Shown here: in pieces, positions 11,201-28,779 of the stretch
Numbering within the stretch: the first letter of the stretch is position 1
Layout of the letters: each line of letters starts with the position of its first letter
Origin: Eledone cirrhosa
Lineage: Eukaryota
Assembly: GCA_964016885.1 (NCBI GenBank)
Contig: OZ024745.1
Coordinates: 744,001 to 808,000, forward strand
DNA length: 64,000 bases
Reading direction: 5' to 3'
Position numbers and translations under genes: made by a program
The notes under the pieces: generated by a model
What the model was told of the DNA's origin: nothing
Databases searched by the model: none
The model's input: only the letters and a program-made list of their open reading frames with translations

Positions 11201-14200
11201 TACAGTGTACCTATTCTAAACTAGATATATATGGTATTACAACATACAGGGATACAGTGTACCTATTCTAAACTAGATATATATGCTATTACAACATACA
11301 GGGATAGTGTACCTAATCTAAACTAGATATATATGGTATTAACACATACAGAGATACAGTGTACCTATTTTAAACTAGATATACATGGTCTTACAACATA
11401 CAGAGATACAGTGTACCTATTCTAAACTAGATATATATGGTCTTACAACATACAGGGATACAGTGTACCTATTTTAAACTAGATATACATGGTCTTATGA
11501 CATACAGGGATACAGTGTACCTATTCTAAACTAGATATACATGGTCTTACAACATACAGAGATACAGTGTACCTATTCTAAACTAGATATACATGGTATT
11601 AACACATACAGAGATACAGTGTACCTATTCTAAACTAGATATATATGGTCTTACAACATACAGTGATACAGTGTACCTATTCTAAACTAGATATATATGG
11701 TCTTATGACATACACGGATACAGTGTACCTATTCTAAACTAGATATATATGGTATTACAACATACAGAGATACAGTGTACCTATTCTAAACTAGATATAT
11801 ATGGTATTACAACATACAGGGATACAGTGTACTTATTCTAAACTAGATATACACGGTCTTACAACATACAGGGATACAGTGTACCTATTCTAAACTAGAT
11901 ATACATGGTATTATGACATACAGGGATACAGTGTACCTATTTTAAACTAGATATACATGGTCTTACAACATACAGAGATACAGTGTACCTATTCTAAACT
12001 AGATATACACGGTCTTACAACATACAGGGATACAGTGTACCTATTGTAAACTAGATATATATGGTCTTACATCACACAGGGATACAGTGTACCTATTCTA
12101 AACTAGATATACATGGTATTCTGACACAGGGATACAGTGTAACTATTCTAAACTAGATATACATGGTATTACAACATACAGGGATACAGTGTACCTATTC
12201 TAAACTAGATATACACGGTCTTACAACATACAGGGATACAGTGTACCTATTCTAAACTAGATATACATGGTATTATGACATACAGGGATACAGTGTACCT
12301 ATTTTAAACTAGATATACATGGTCTTACAACATACAGAGATACAGTATACCTATTCTAAACTAGATATATATGGTCTTACAACATACAGGGATACAGTGT
12401 ACCTATTTTAAACTAGATATACATGGTCTTATGACATACAGGGATACAGTGTACCTATTCTAAACTACATACACATGGTATTACAACACACAGGGATACA
12501 GTGTACTTATTCTAAACTAGATATATATGGTATTACAACATACAGGGATACAGTGTACCTATTCTAAACTAGATATACATGGTCTTACATCATACAGGGA
12601 TACAGTGTACCTATTCTAAACTAGATATACATGGTCTTACATCATACAGGGATACAGTGTACCTATTCTAAACTAGATATACATGGTATTACAACATACA
12701 GGGATACAGTGTACCTATTCTAAACTAGATATACATGGTATTACAACATACAGAGATACAGTGTACCTATTCTAAACTTGATATACATGGTATTACAACA
12801 TACAGGGATACAGTGTACCTATTCTAAACTAGATATACATGGTATTACAACATACAGGGATACAGTGTACCTATTCTAAACTAGATATATATGGTCTTAC
12901 ATCATACAGGGATACAGTGTAACTATTGTAAACTAGATATATATGGTATTACAACACACAGGGATACAGTGTACCTATTCTAAACTAGATATACATGGTC
13001 TTACAACATACAGGGATACAGTGTACCTATTCTAAACTAGATATATATGGTCTTACAACATACAGGGATACAGTGTACCTATTCTAAACTAGATATATAT
13101 GGTCTTATGACATACAGGGATACAGTGTACCTATTCTAAACTAGATATATATGGTATTACAACATACAGAGATACAGTGTACCTATTCTAAACTAGATAT
13201 ATATGGTATTACAACATACAGGGATACAGTGTACCTATTCTAAACTAGATATACACGGTCTTACAACATACAGGGATACAGTGTACCTATTCTAAACTAG
13301 ATATACATGGTATTATGACATACAGGGATACAGTGTACCTATTTTAAACTAGATATACATGGTATTATGACATACAGGGATACAGTGTACCTATTCTAAA
13401 CTAGATATACATGGTCTTATGACATACAGGGATACAGTGTACCTATTCTAAACTAGATACACATGGTATTACAAAACACAGGGATACAGTGTACCTATTC
13501 TAAACTAGATATATATGGTATTACAACATACAGGGATACAGTGTACCTATTCTAAACTAGATATATATGGTATTAACACATACAGAGATACAGTGTACCT
13601 ATTTTAAACTAGATATACATGGTCTTACAACATACAGGGATACAGTGTACCTATTGTAAACTAGATATATATGGTCTTACAACATACAGGGATACAGTGT
13701 ACCTATTCTAAACTAGATATACATGGTATTACAACATACAGAGATACAGTGTACCTATTCTAAACTAGATATATATGGTCTTACAACATACAGGGATACA
13801 GTGTACCTATTTTAAACTAGATATACATGGTCTTATGACATACAGGGATACAGTGTACCTATTCTAAACTAGATATACATGGTCTTACAACATACAGAGA
13901 TACAGTGTACCTATTCTAAACTAGATATACATGGTATTAACACATACAGAGATACAGTGTACCTATTCTAAACTAGATATATATGGTCTTACAACATACA
14001 GTGATACAGTGTACCTATTCTAAACTAGATATATATGGTCTTATGACATACACGGATACAGTGTACCTATTCTAAACTAGATATATATGGTATTACAACA
14101 TACAGAGATACAGTGTACCTATTCTAAACTAGATATATATGGTATTACAACATACAGGGATACAGTGTACCTATTCTAAACTAGATATACACGGTCTTAC

Positions 14201-17200
14201 AACATACAGGGATACAGTGTACCTATTCTAAACTAGATATACATGGTATTATGACATACAGGGATACAGTGTACCTATTTTAAACTAGATATACATGGTC
14301 TTACAACATACAGAGATACAGTGTACCTATTCTAAACTAGATATACACGGTCTTACAACATACAGGGATACAGTGTACCTATTGTAAACTAGATATATAT
14401 GGTCTTACATCACACAGGGATACAGTGTACCTATTCTAAACTAGATATACATGGTATTCTGACACAGGGATACAGTGTAACTATTCTAAACTAGATATAC
14501 ATGGTATTACAACATACAGGGATACAGTGTACCTATTCTAAACTAGATATACACGGTCTTACAACATACAGGGATACAGTGTACCTATTCTAAACTAGAT
14601 ATACATGGTATTATGACATACAGGGATACAGTGTACCTATTTTAAACTAGATATACATGGTCTTACAACATACAGAGATACAGTATACCTATTCTAAACT
14701 AGATATATATGGTCTTACAACATACAGGGATACAGTGTACCTATTCTAAACTACATACACATGGTATTACAACACACAGGGATACAGTGTACCTATTCTA
14801 AACTAGATATATATGGTATTACAACATACAGGGATACAGTGTACCTATTCTAAACTAGATATACATGGTCTTACATCATACAGGGATACAGTGTACCTAT
14901 TCTAAACTAGATATACATGGTCTTACATCATACAGGGATACAGTGTACCTATTCTAAACTAGATATACATGGTATTACAACATACAGGGATACAGTGTAC
15001 CTATTCTAAACTAGATATACATGGTATTACAACATACAGAGATACAGTGTACCTATTCTAAACTTGATATACATGGTATTACAACATACAGGGATACAGT
15101 GTACCTATTCTAAACTAGATATACATGGTATTACAACATACAGGGATACAGTGTACCTATTCTAAACTAGATATATATGGTCTTACATCATACAGGGATA
15201 CAGTGTACCTATTGTAAACTAGATATATATGGTATTACAACATACAGGGATAGTGTACCTATTCTAAACTAGATATAAATGGTATTACAACATACAGGGA
15301 TACAGTGTACCTATTATAAACTTGATATACATGGTATTACAACATACAGGGATACAGTGTACCTATTCTAAACTAGATATACATGGTATTATGACATACA
15401 GGGATACAGCGTACCTATTCTAAACTAGATACACATGGTATTATGACATACAGGGATACGGTGTAGCTATTCTAAACTAGATATACATGGTATTACAACA
15501 TACAGGGATACAGTGTACCTACTTTAAACTAGATACACATGGTATTACAACATATAGGGATACAGTGTACCTATTCTAAACTAGATATACATGGTCTTAC
15601 AACATACAAGGATACAGTGTACCTATTCTAAACTAGATATATATGGTATTACAACATACAGGGATACAGTGTACCTATTCTAAACTAGATATACATGGTA
15701 TTACAACATACAGGGATACAGTGTACCTATTCTAAACTAGATATATATAGTATTACAACATACAGGGATACAGTGTACCTATTCTAAACTAGATATACAT
15801 GGTATTACAACATACAGGGATACAGTGTACCTATTCTAAACTAGATATATATGGTGTAACAACATACAGGGATACAGTGTACCTATTCTAAACTAGATAT
15901 ACATGGTCTTACATCATACAGGGATACAGTGTACCTATTCTAAACTAGATATACATGGTATTACAACATACAGGGATACAGTGTACCTATTCTAGACTAG
16001 ATATACATGGTATTACAACATACAGAGATACAGTGTACCTATTCTAAACTAGATATACATGGTATTACAACATACAGGGATACAGTGTACCTATTTTAAA
16101 TTAGATATACATGGTATTATGACATACAGGGATACAGTGTACCTATTTTAAACTAGATATACATGGTCTTACAACATACAGAGATACAGTGTACCTATTC
16201 TAAACTAGATATATATGGTCTTACAACATACAGGGATACAGTGTACCTATTCTAAACTAGATATACATGGTCTTACATCATACAGGGATACAGTGTACCT
16301 ATTCTAAACTAGATATACATGGTATTACAACATACAGGGATACAGTGTACCTATTCTAAACTAGATATACATGGTATTACAACATACAGAGATACAGTGT
16401 ACCTATTCTAAACTTGATATACATGGTATTACAACATACAGAGATACAGTGTACCTATTCTAAACTAGATATATATGGTCTTACAACATACAGGGATACA
16501 GTGTACCTATTCTAAACTAGATATACATGGTATTACAACATACAGGGATACAGTGTACCTATTCTAAACTAGATATATATGGTCTTACATCATACAGGGA
16601 TACAGTGTACCTATTGTAAACTAGATATATATGGTATTACAACATACAGGGATACAGTGTACCTATTCTAAACTAGATATACATGGTCTTACAACATACA
16701 GGGATACAGTGTACCTATTCTAAACTAGATATATATGGTATTACAACATACAGAGATACAGTGTACCTATTCTAAACTACATATATATGGTATTACAACA
16801 TACAGGGATACAGTGTACCTATTCTAAACTAGATATACACGGTCTTACAACATACAGGGATACAGTGTACCTATTCTAAACTAGATATACATGGTATTAT
16901 GACATACAGGGATACAGTGTACCTATTTTAAACTAGATATACATGGTCTTACAACATACAGAGGTACAGTGTACCTATTCTAAACTAGATATATATGGTC
17001 TTACAACATACAGGGATACAGTGTACCTATTTTAAACTAGATATACATGGTAGTATGACATACGGGGTTACAGTGTACCTATTCTAAACTAGATATACAT
17101 GGTATTACAATATACAGAGATACAGTGTACCTATTCTAAACTAGATATACATGGTCTTATGAAATACAGGGATGCAGTGTACCAATTTTAAACTAGATAT

Positions 17201-20200
17201 ATATATGGTATTACAACATACAGAGATACAGTGTACCTATTCTAAACTAGATATATATGGTATTACAACATACAGGGATACAGTATACCTATTCTAAACT
17301 AGATATACATGGCATTATGACATACAGGGATACAGTGTACCTATTCTAAACTAGGTATATATGGTATTACAACATACAGGGATACAGTGTACCTATTCTA
17401 AACTAGATATACATAGTATTACAACATACAGGGATACAGTGTACCTATTTTAAACTAGATATACACGGTCTTACAACATACAGAGATACAGTGTACCTAT
17501 TCTAAACTAGATATAAATGGTCTTACAACATACAGTGATACAGTGTACCTATTCTAAACTAGATATATATGGTCTTATGACATACACGGATACAGTGTAC
17601 CTATTCTAAACTAGATATATATGGTATTACAACATACAGAGATACAGTGTACCTATTCTAAACTAGATATATATGGTATTACAACATACAGGGATACAGT
17701 GTACCTATTCTAAACTAGATATACACGGTCTTACAACATACAGGGATACAGTGTACCTATTCTAAACTAGATATACATGGTATTATGACATACAGGGATA
17801 CAGTGTACCTATTTTAAACTAGATATACATGGTCTTACAACATACAGAGATACAGTGTACCTATTCTAAACTAGATATACACGGTCTTACAACATACAGG
17901 GATACAGTGTACCTATTGTAAACTAGATATATATGGTCTTACATCACACAGGGATACAGTGTACCTATTCTAAACTAGATATACATGGTATTATGACACA
18001 GGGATACAGTGTACCTATTTTAAACTAGATATACATGGTCTTACAACATACAGAGATACAGTGTACCTATTCTAAACTAGATATATATGGTCTTACAACA
18101 TACAGGGATACAGTGTACCTATTTTAAACTAGATATACATGGTCTTATGACATACAGGGATACAGTGTACCTATTCTAAACTAGATACACATGGTATTAC
18201 AACACACAGGGATACAGTGTACCTATTCTAAACTAGATATATATGGTATTACAACATACAGGGATACAGTGTACCTATTCTAAACTAGATATATATGCTA
18301 TTACAACATACAGGGATAGTGTACCTAATCTAAACTAGATATATATGGTATTAACACATACAGAGATACAGTGTACCTATTTTAAACTAGATATACATGG
18401 TCTTACAACATACAGAGATACAGTGTACCTATTCTAAACTAGATATATATGGTCTTACAACATACAGGGATACAGTGTACCTATTTTAAACTAGATATAC
18501 ATGGTCTTATGACATACAGGGATACAGTGTACCTATTCTAAACTAGATATACATGGTCTTACAACATACAGAGATACAGTGTACCTATTCTAAACTAGAT
18601 ATACATGGTATTACAACATACAGGGATAGTGTACCTAATCTAAACTAGATATATATGGTATTAACACATACAGGGATACAGTGTACCTATTCTAAACTAG
18701 ATATACACGGTCTTACAACATACAGGGATACAGTGTACCTATTCTAAACTAGATATACATGGTATTATGACATACAGGGATACAGTGTACCTATTTTAAA
18801 CTAGATATACATGGTCTTACAACATACAGAGATACAGTATACCTATTCTAAACTAGATATATATGGTCTTACAACATACAGGGATACAGTGTACCTATTT
18901 TAAACTAGATATACATGGTCTTATGACATACAGGGATACAGTGTACCTATTCTAAACTACATACACATGGTATTACAACACACAGGGATACAGTGTACTT
19001 ATTCTAAACTAGATATATATGGTATTACAACATACAGGGATACAGTGTACCTATTCTAAACTAGATATACATGGTCTTACATCATACAGGGATACAGTGT
19101 ACCTATTCTAAACTAGATATACATGGTCTTACATCATACAGGGATACAGTGTACCTATTCTAAACTAGATATACATGGTATTACAACATACAGGGATACA
19201 GTGTACCTATTCTAAACTAGATATACATGGTATTACAACATACAGAGATACAGTGTACCTATTCTAAACTTGATATACATGGTATTACAACATACAGGGA
19301 TACAGTGTACCTATTCTAAACTAGATATACATGGTATTACAACATACAGGGATACAGTGTACCTATTCTAAACTAGATATATATGGTCTTACATCATACA
19401 GGGATACAGTGTAACTATTGTAAACTAGATATATATGGTATTACAACACACAGGGATACAGTGTACCTATTCTAAACTAGATATACATGGTCTTACAACA
19501 TACAGGGATACAGTGTACCTATTCTAAACTAGATATATATGGTCTTACAACATACAGGGATACAGTGTACCTATTCTAAACTAGATATATATGGTCTTAT
19601 GACATACAGGGATACAGTGTACCTATTCTAAACTAGATATATATGGTATTACAACATACAGAGATACAGTGTACCTATTCTAAACTAGATATATATGGTA
19701 TTACAACATACAGGGATACAGTGTACCTATTCTAAACTAGATATACACGGTCTTACAACATACAGGGATACAGTGTACCTATTCTAAACTAGATATACAT
19801 GGTATTATGACATACAGGGATACAGTGTACCTATTTTAAACTAGATATACATGGTCTTACAACATACAGAGATACAGTGTACCTATTCTAAACTAGATAT
19901 ATATGGTCTTACAACATACAGGGATACAGTGTACCTATTTTAAACTAGATATACATGGTCTTATGACATACAGGGATACAGTGTACCTATTCTAAACTAG
20001 ATACACATGGTATTACAAAACACAGGGATACAGTGTACCTATTCTAAACTAGATATATATGGTATTACAACATACAGGGATACAGTGTACCTATTCTAAA
20101 CTAGATATATATGCTATTACAACATACAGGGATAGTGTACCTAATCTAAACTAGATATATATGGTATTAACACATACAGAGATACAGTGTACCTATTTTA

Positions 20201-23200
20201 AACTAGATATACATGGTCTTACAACATACAGAGATACAGTGTACCTATTCTAAACTAGATATATATGGTCTTACAACATACAGGGATACAGTGTACCTAT
20301 TCTAAACTAGATATACATGGTCTTACATCATACAGGGATACAGTGTACCTATTCTAAACTAGATATACATGGTATTACAACATACAGGGATACAGTGTAC
20401 CTATTCTAAACTAGATATACATGGTATTACAACATACAGAGATACAGTGTACCTATTCTAAACTTGATATACATGGTATTACAACATACAGAGATACAGT
20501 GTACCTATTCTAAACTAGATATATATGGTCTTACAACATACAGGGATACAGTGTACCTATTCTAAACTAGATATACATGGTATTACAACATACAGGGATA
20601 CAGTGTACCTATTCTAAACTAGATATATATGGTCTTACATCATACAGGGATACAGTGTACCTATTGTAAACTAGATATATATGGTATTACAACATATAGG
20701 GATACAGTGTACCTATTCTAAACTAGATATACATGGTCTTACAACATACAGGGATACAGTGTACCTATTCTAAACTAGATATATATGGTATTACAACATA
20801 CAGAGATACAGTGTACCTATTCTAAACTACATATATATGGTATTACAACATACAGGGATACAGTGTACCTATTCTAAACTAGATATACACGGTCTTACAA
20901 CATACAGGGATACAGTGTACCTATTCTAAACTAGATATATATGGTCTTACATCATACAGGGATACAGTGTACCTATTCTAAACTAGATATATATGGTCTT
21001 ACAACATACAGGGATACAGTGTACCTATTTTAAACTAGATATACATGGTAGTATGACATACGGGGTTACAGTGTACCTATTCTAAACTAGATATACATGG
21101 TATTACAACATACAGAGATACAGTGTACCTATTCTAAACTAGATATACATGGTCTTATGAAATACAGGGATGCAGTGTACCAATTTTAAACTAGATATAT
21201 ATATGGTATTACAACATACAGAGATACAGTGTACCTATTCTAAACTAGATATATATGGTATTACAACATACAGGGATACAGTATACCTATTCTAAACTAG
21301 ATATACATGGCATTATGACATACAGGGATACAGTGTACCTATTCTAAACTAGGTATATATGGTATTACAACATACAGGGATACAGTGTACCTATTCTAAA
21401 CTAGATATACATAGTATTACAACATACAGGGATACAGTGTACCTATTTTAAACTAGATATACATGGTCTTACAACATACAGAGATACAGTGTACCTATTC
21501 TAAACTAGATATAAATGGTCTTACAACATACAGTGATACAGTGTACCTATTCTAAACTAGATATATATGGTCTTATGACATACACGGATACAGTGTACCT
21601 ATTCTAAACTAGATATATATGGTATTACAACATACAGAGATACAGTGTACCTATTCTAAACTAGATATATATGGTATTACAACATACAGGGATACAGTGT
21701 ACCTATTCTAAACTAGATATACACGGTCTTACAACATACAGGGATACAGTGTACCTATTCTAAACTAGATATACATGGTATTATGACATACAGGGATACA
21801 GTGTACCTATTTTAAACTAGATATACATGGTCTTACAACATACAGAGATACAGTGTACCTATTCTAAACTAGATATACACGGTCTTACAACATACAGGGA
21901 TACAGTGTACCTATTGTAAACTAGATATATATGGTCTTACATCACACAGGGATACAGTGTACCTATTCTAAACTAGATATACATGGTATTATGACACAGG
22001 GATACAGTGTACCTATTTTAAACTAGATATACATGGTCTTACAACATACAGAGATACAGTGTACCTATTCTAAACTAGATATATATGGTCTTACAACATA
22101 CAGGGATACAGTGTACCTATTTTAAACTAGATATACATGGTCTTATGACATACAGGGATACAGTGTACCTATTCTAAACTAGATACACATGGTATTACAA
22201 CACACAGGGATACAGTGTACCTATTCTAAACTAGATATATATGGTATTACAACATACAGGGATACAGTGTACCTATTCTAAACTAGATATATATGCTATT
22301 ACAACATACAGGGATAGTGTACCTAATCTAAACTAGATATATATGGTCTTACAACATACAGAGATACAGTGTACCTATTCTAAACTAGATATATATGGTC
22401 TTACAACATACAGGGATACAGTGTACCTATTTTAAACTAGATATACATGGTCTTACAACATACAGAGATACAGTGTACCTATTCTAAACTAGATATACAT
22501 GGTATTAACACATACAGAGATACAGTGTACCTATTCTAAACTAGATATACACGGTCTTACAACATACAGGGATACAGTGTACCTATTCTAAACTAGATAT
22601 ACATGGTATTATGACATACAGGGATACAGTGTACCTATTTTAAACTAGATATACATGGTCTTACAACATACAGAGATACAGTATACCTATTCTAAACTAG
22701 ATATATATGGTCTTACAACATACAGGGATACAGTGTACCTATTTTAAACTAGATATACATGGTCTTATGACATACAGGGATACAGTGTACCTATTCTAAA
22801 CTACATACACATGGTATTACAACACACAGGGATACAGTGTACTTATTCTAAACTAGATATATATGGTATTACAACATACAGGGATACAGTGTACCTATTC
22901 TAAACTAGATATACATGGTCTTACATCATACAGGGATACAGTGTACCTATTCTAAACTAGATATACATGGTCTTACATCATACAGGGATACAGTGTACCT
23001 ATTCTAAACTAGATATACATGGTATTACAACATACAGGGATACAGTGTACCTATTCTAAACTAGATATACATGGTATTACAACATACAGAGATACAGTGT
23101 ACCTATTCTAAACTTGATATACATGGTATTACAACATACAGGGATACAGTGTACCTATTCTAAACTAGATATACATGGTATTACAACATACAGGGATACA

Positions 23201-26200
23201 GTGTACCTATTCTAAACTAGATATATATGGTCTTACATCATACAGGGATACAGTGTAACTATTGTAAACTAGATATATATGGTATTACAACACACAGGGA
23301 TACAGTGTACCTATTCTAAACTAGATATACATGGTCTTACAACATACAGGGATACAGTGTACCTATTCTAAACTAGATATATATGGTCTTACAACATACA
23401 GGGATACAGTGTACCTATTCTAAACTAGATATATATGGTCTTATGACATACAGGGATACAGTGTACCTATTCTAAACTAGATATATATGGTATTACAACA
23501 TACAGAGATACAGTGTACCTATTCTAAACTAGATATATATGGTATTACAACATACAGGGATACAGTGTACCTATTCTAAACTAGATATACACGGTCTTAC
23601 AACATACAGGGATACAGTGTACCTATTCTAAACTAGATATACATGGTATTATGACATACAGGGATACAGTGTACCTATTTTAAACTAGATATACATGGTC
23701 TTACAACATACAGAGATACAGTGTACCTATTCTAAACTAGATATATATGGTCTTACAACATACAGGGATACAGTGTACCTATTTTAAACTAGATATACAT
23801 TGGTCTTATGACATACAGGGATACAGTGTACCTATTCTAAACTAGATACACATGGTATTACAAAACACAGGGATACAGTGTACCTATTCTAAACTAGATA
23901 TATATGGTATTACAACATACAGGGATACAGTGTACCTATTCTAAACTAGATATATATGCTATTACAACATACAGGGATAGTGTACCTAATCTAAACTAGA
24001 TATATATGGTATTAACACATACAGAGATACAGTGTACCTATTTTAAACTAGATATACATGGTCTTACAACATACAGAGATACAGTGTACCTATTCTAAAC
24101 TAGATATATATGGTCTTACAACATACAGGGATACAGTGTACCTATTCTAAACTAGATATACATGGTCTTACATCATACAGGGATACAGTGTACCTATTCT
24201 AAACTAGATATACATGGTATTACAACATACAGGGATACAGTGTACCTATTCTAAACTAGATATACATGGTATTACAACATACAGAGATACAGTGTACCTA
24301 TTCTAAACTTGATATACATGGTATTACAACATACAGAGATACAGTGTACCTATTCTAAACTAGATATATATGGTCTTACAACATACAGGGATACAGTGTA
24401 CCTATTCTAAACTAGATATACATGGTATTACAACATACAGGGATACAGTGTACCTATTCTAAACTAGATATATATGGTCTTACATCATACAGGGATACAG
24501 TGTACCTATTGTAAACTAGATATATATGGTATTACAACATATAGGGATACAGTGTACCTATTCTAAACTAGATATACATGGTCTTACAACATACAGGGAT
24601 ACAGTGTACCTATTCTAAACTAGATATATATGGTATTACAACATACAGAGATACAGTGTACCTATTCTAAACTACATATATATGGTATTACAACATACAG
24701 GGATACAGTGTACCTATTCTAAACTAGATATACACGGTCTTACAACATACAGGGATACAGTGTACCTATTCTAAACTAGATATACATGGTATTATGACAT
24801 ACAGGGATACAGTGTACCTATTTTAAACTAGATATACATGGTCTTACAACATACAGAGGTACAGTGTACCTATTCTAAACTAGATATATATGGTCTTACA
24901 ACATACAGGGATACAGTGTACCTATTTTAAACTAGATATACATGGTAGTATGACATACGGGGTTACAGTGTACCTATTCTAAACTAGATATACATGGTAT
25001 TACAACATACAGAGATACAGTGTACCTATTCTAAACTAGATATACATGGTCTTATGAAATACAGGGATGCAGTGTACCAATTTTAAACTAGATATATATA
25101 TGGTATTACAACATACAGAGATACAGTGTACCTATTCTAAACTAGATATATATGGTATTACAACATACAGGGATACAGTATACCTATTCTAAACTAGATA
25201 TACATGGCATTATGACATACAGGGATACAGTGTACCTATTCTAAACTAGGTATATATGGTATTACAACATACAGGGATACAGTGTACCTATTCTAAACTA
25301 GATATACATAGTATTACAACATACAGGGATACAGTGTACCTATTTTAAACTAGATATACATGGTCTTACAACATACAGAGATACAGTGTACCTATTCTAA
25401 ACTAGATATAAATGGTCTTACAACATACAGTGATACAGTGTACCTATTCTAAACTAGATATATATGGTCTTATGACATACACGGATACAGTGTACCTATT
25501 CTAAACTAGATATATATGGTATTACAACATACAGAGATACAGTGTACCTATTCTAAACTAGATATATATGGTATTACAACATACAGGGATACAGTGTACC
25601 TATTCTAAACTAGATATACACGGTCTTACAACATACAGGGATACAGTGTACCTATTCTAAACTAGATATACATGGTATTATGACATACAGGGATACAGTG
25701 TACCTATTTTAAACTAGATATACATGGTCTTACAACATACAGAGATACAGTGTACCTATTCTAAACTAGATATACACGGTCTTACAACATACAGGGATAC
25801 AGTGTACCTATTGTAAACTAGATATATATGGTCTTACATCACACAGGGATACAGTGTACCTATTCTAAACTAGATATACATGGTATTATGACACAGGGAT
25901 ACAGTGTACCTATTTTAAACTAGATATACATGGTCTTACAACATACAGAGATACAGTGTACCTATTCTAAACTAGATATATATGGTCTTACAACATACAG
26001 GGATACAGTGTACCTATTTTAAACTAGATATACATGGTCTTATGACATACAGGGATACAGTGTACCTATTCTAAACTAGATACACATGGTATTACAACAC
26101 ACAGGGATACAGTGTACCTATTCTAAACTAGATATATATGGTATTACAACATACAGGGATACAGTGTACCTATTCTAAACTAGATATATATGCTATTACA

Positions 26201-28779
26201 ACATACAGGGATAGTGTACCTAATCTAAACTAGATATATATGGTATTAACACATACAGAGATACAGTGTACCTATTCTAAACTAGATATACATGGTATTA
26301 CAACATACAGAGATACAGTGTACCTAATCTAAACTAGATATATATGGTATTAACACATACAGAGATACAGTGTACCTATTTTAAACTCGATATACATGGT
26401 CTTACAACATACAGAGATACAGTGTACCTATTCTAAACTAGATATATATGGTCTTACAACATACAGGGATACAGTGTACCTATTTTAAACTAGATATACA
26501 TGGTCTTATGACATACAGGGATACAGTGTACCTATTCTAAACTAGATATACATGGTCTTACAACATACAGAGATACAGTGTACCTATTCTAAACTAGATA
26601 TACATGGTATTAACACATACAGAGATACAGTGTACCTATTTTAAACTCGATATACATGGTCTTACAACATACAGAGATACAGTGTACCTATTCTAAACTA
26701 GATATATATGGTCTTACAACATACAGGGATACAGTGTACCTATTTTAAACTAGATATACATGGTCTTATGACATACAGGGATACAGTGTACCTATTCTAA
26801 ACTAGATATACATGGTCTTACAACATACAGAGATACAGTGTACCTATTCTAAACTAGATATATATGGTCTTACAACATACAGTGATACAGTGTACCTATT
26901 CTAAACTAGATATATATGGTCTTATGACATACACGGATACAGTGTACCTATTCTAAACTAGATATATATGGTATTACAACATACAGAGATACAGTGTACC
27001 TATTCTAAACTAGATATATATGGTATTACAACATACAGGGATACAGTGTACTTATTCTAAACTAGATATACACGGTCTTACAACATACAGGGATACAGTG
27101 TACCTATTGTAAACTAGATATATATGGTCTTACATCACACAGGGATACAGTGTACCTATTCTAAACTAGATATACATGGTATTCTGACACAGGGATACAG
27201 TGTAACTATTCTAAACTAGATATACATGGTATTACAACATACAGGGATACAGTGTACCTATTCTAAACTAGATATACACGGTCTTACAACATACAGGGAT
27301 ACAGTGTACCTATTCTAAACTAGATATACATGGTATTATGACATACAGGGATACAGTGTACCTATTTTAAACTAGATATACATGGTCTTACAACATACAG
27401 AGATACAGTATACCTATTCTAAACTAGATATATATGGTCTTACAACATACAGGGATACAGTGTACCTATTTTAAACTAGATATACATGGTCTTATGACAT
27501 ACAGGGATACAGTGTACCTATTCTAAACTACATACACATGGTATTACAACACACAGGGATACAGTGTACTTATTCTAAACTAGATATACATGGTATTACA
27601 ACATACAGAGATACAGTGTACCTATTCTAAACTTGATATACATGGTATTACAACATACAGGGATACAGTGTACCTATTCTAAACTAGATATACATGGTAT
27701 TACAACATACAGGGATACAGTGTACCTATTCTAAACTAGATATATATGGTCTTACATCATACAGGGATACAGTGTAACTATTGTAAACTAGATATATATG
27801 GTATTACAACACACAGGGATACAGTGTACCTATTCTAAACTAGATATACATGGTCTTACAACATACAGGGATACAGTGTACCTATTCTAAACTAGATATA
27901 TATGGTCTTACAACATACAGGGATACAGTGTACCTATTCTAAACTAGATATATATGGTCTTATGACATACAGGGATACAGTGTACCTATTCTAAACTAGA
28001 TATATATGGTATTACAACATACAGAGATACAGTGTACCTATTCTAAACTAGATATATATGGTATTACAACATACAGGGATACAGTGTACCTATTCTAAAC
28101 TAGATATACACGGTCTTACAACATACAGGGATACAGTGTACCTATTCTAAACTAGATATACATGGTATTATGACATACAGGGATACAGTGTACCTATTTT
28201 AAACTAGATATACATGGTCTTACAACATACAGAGATACAGTGTACCTATTCTAAACTAGATATATATGGTCTTACAACATACAGGGATACAGTGTACCTA
28301 TTTTAAACTAGATATACATGGTCTTATGACATACAGGGATACAGTGTACCTATTCTAAACTAGATATACATGGTCTTACAACATACAGAGATACAGTGTA
28401 CCTATTCTAAACTAGATATACATGGTATTAACACATACAGAGATACAGTGTACCTATTCTAAACTAGATATATATGGTCTTACAACATACAGTGATACAG
28501 TGTACCTATTCTAAACTAGATATATATGGTCTTATGACATACACGGATACAGTGTACCTATTCTAAACTAGATATATATGGTATTACAACATACAGAGAT
28601 ACAGTGTACCTATTCTAAACTAGATATATATGGTATTACAACATACAGGGATACAGTGTACCTATTCTAAACTAGATATACACGGTCTTACAACATACAG
28701 GGATACAGTGTACCTATTCTAAACTAGATATACATGGTATTATGACATACAGGGATACAGTGTACCTATTTTAAACTAG

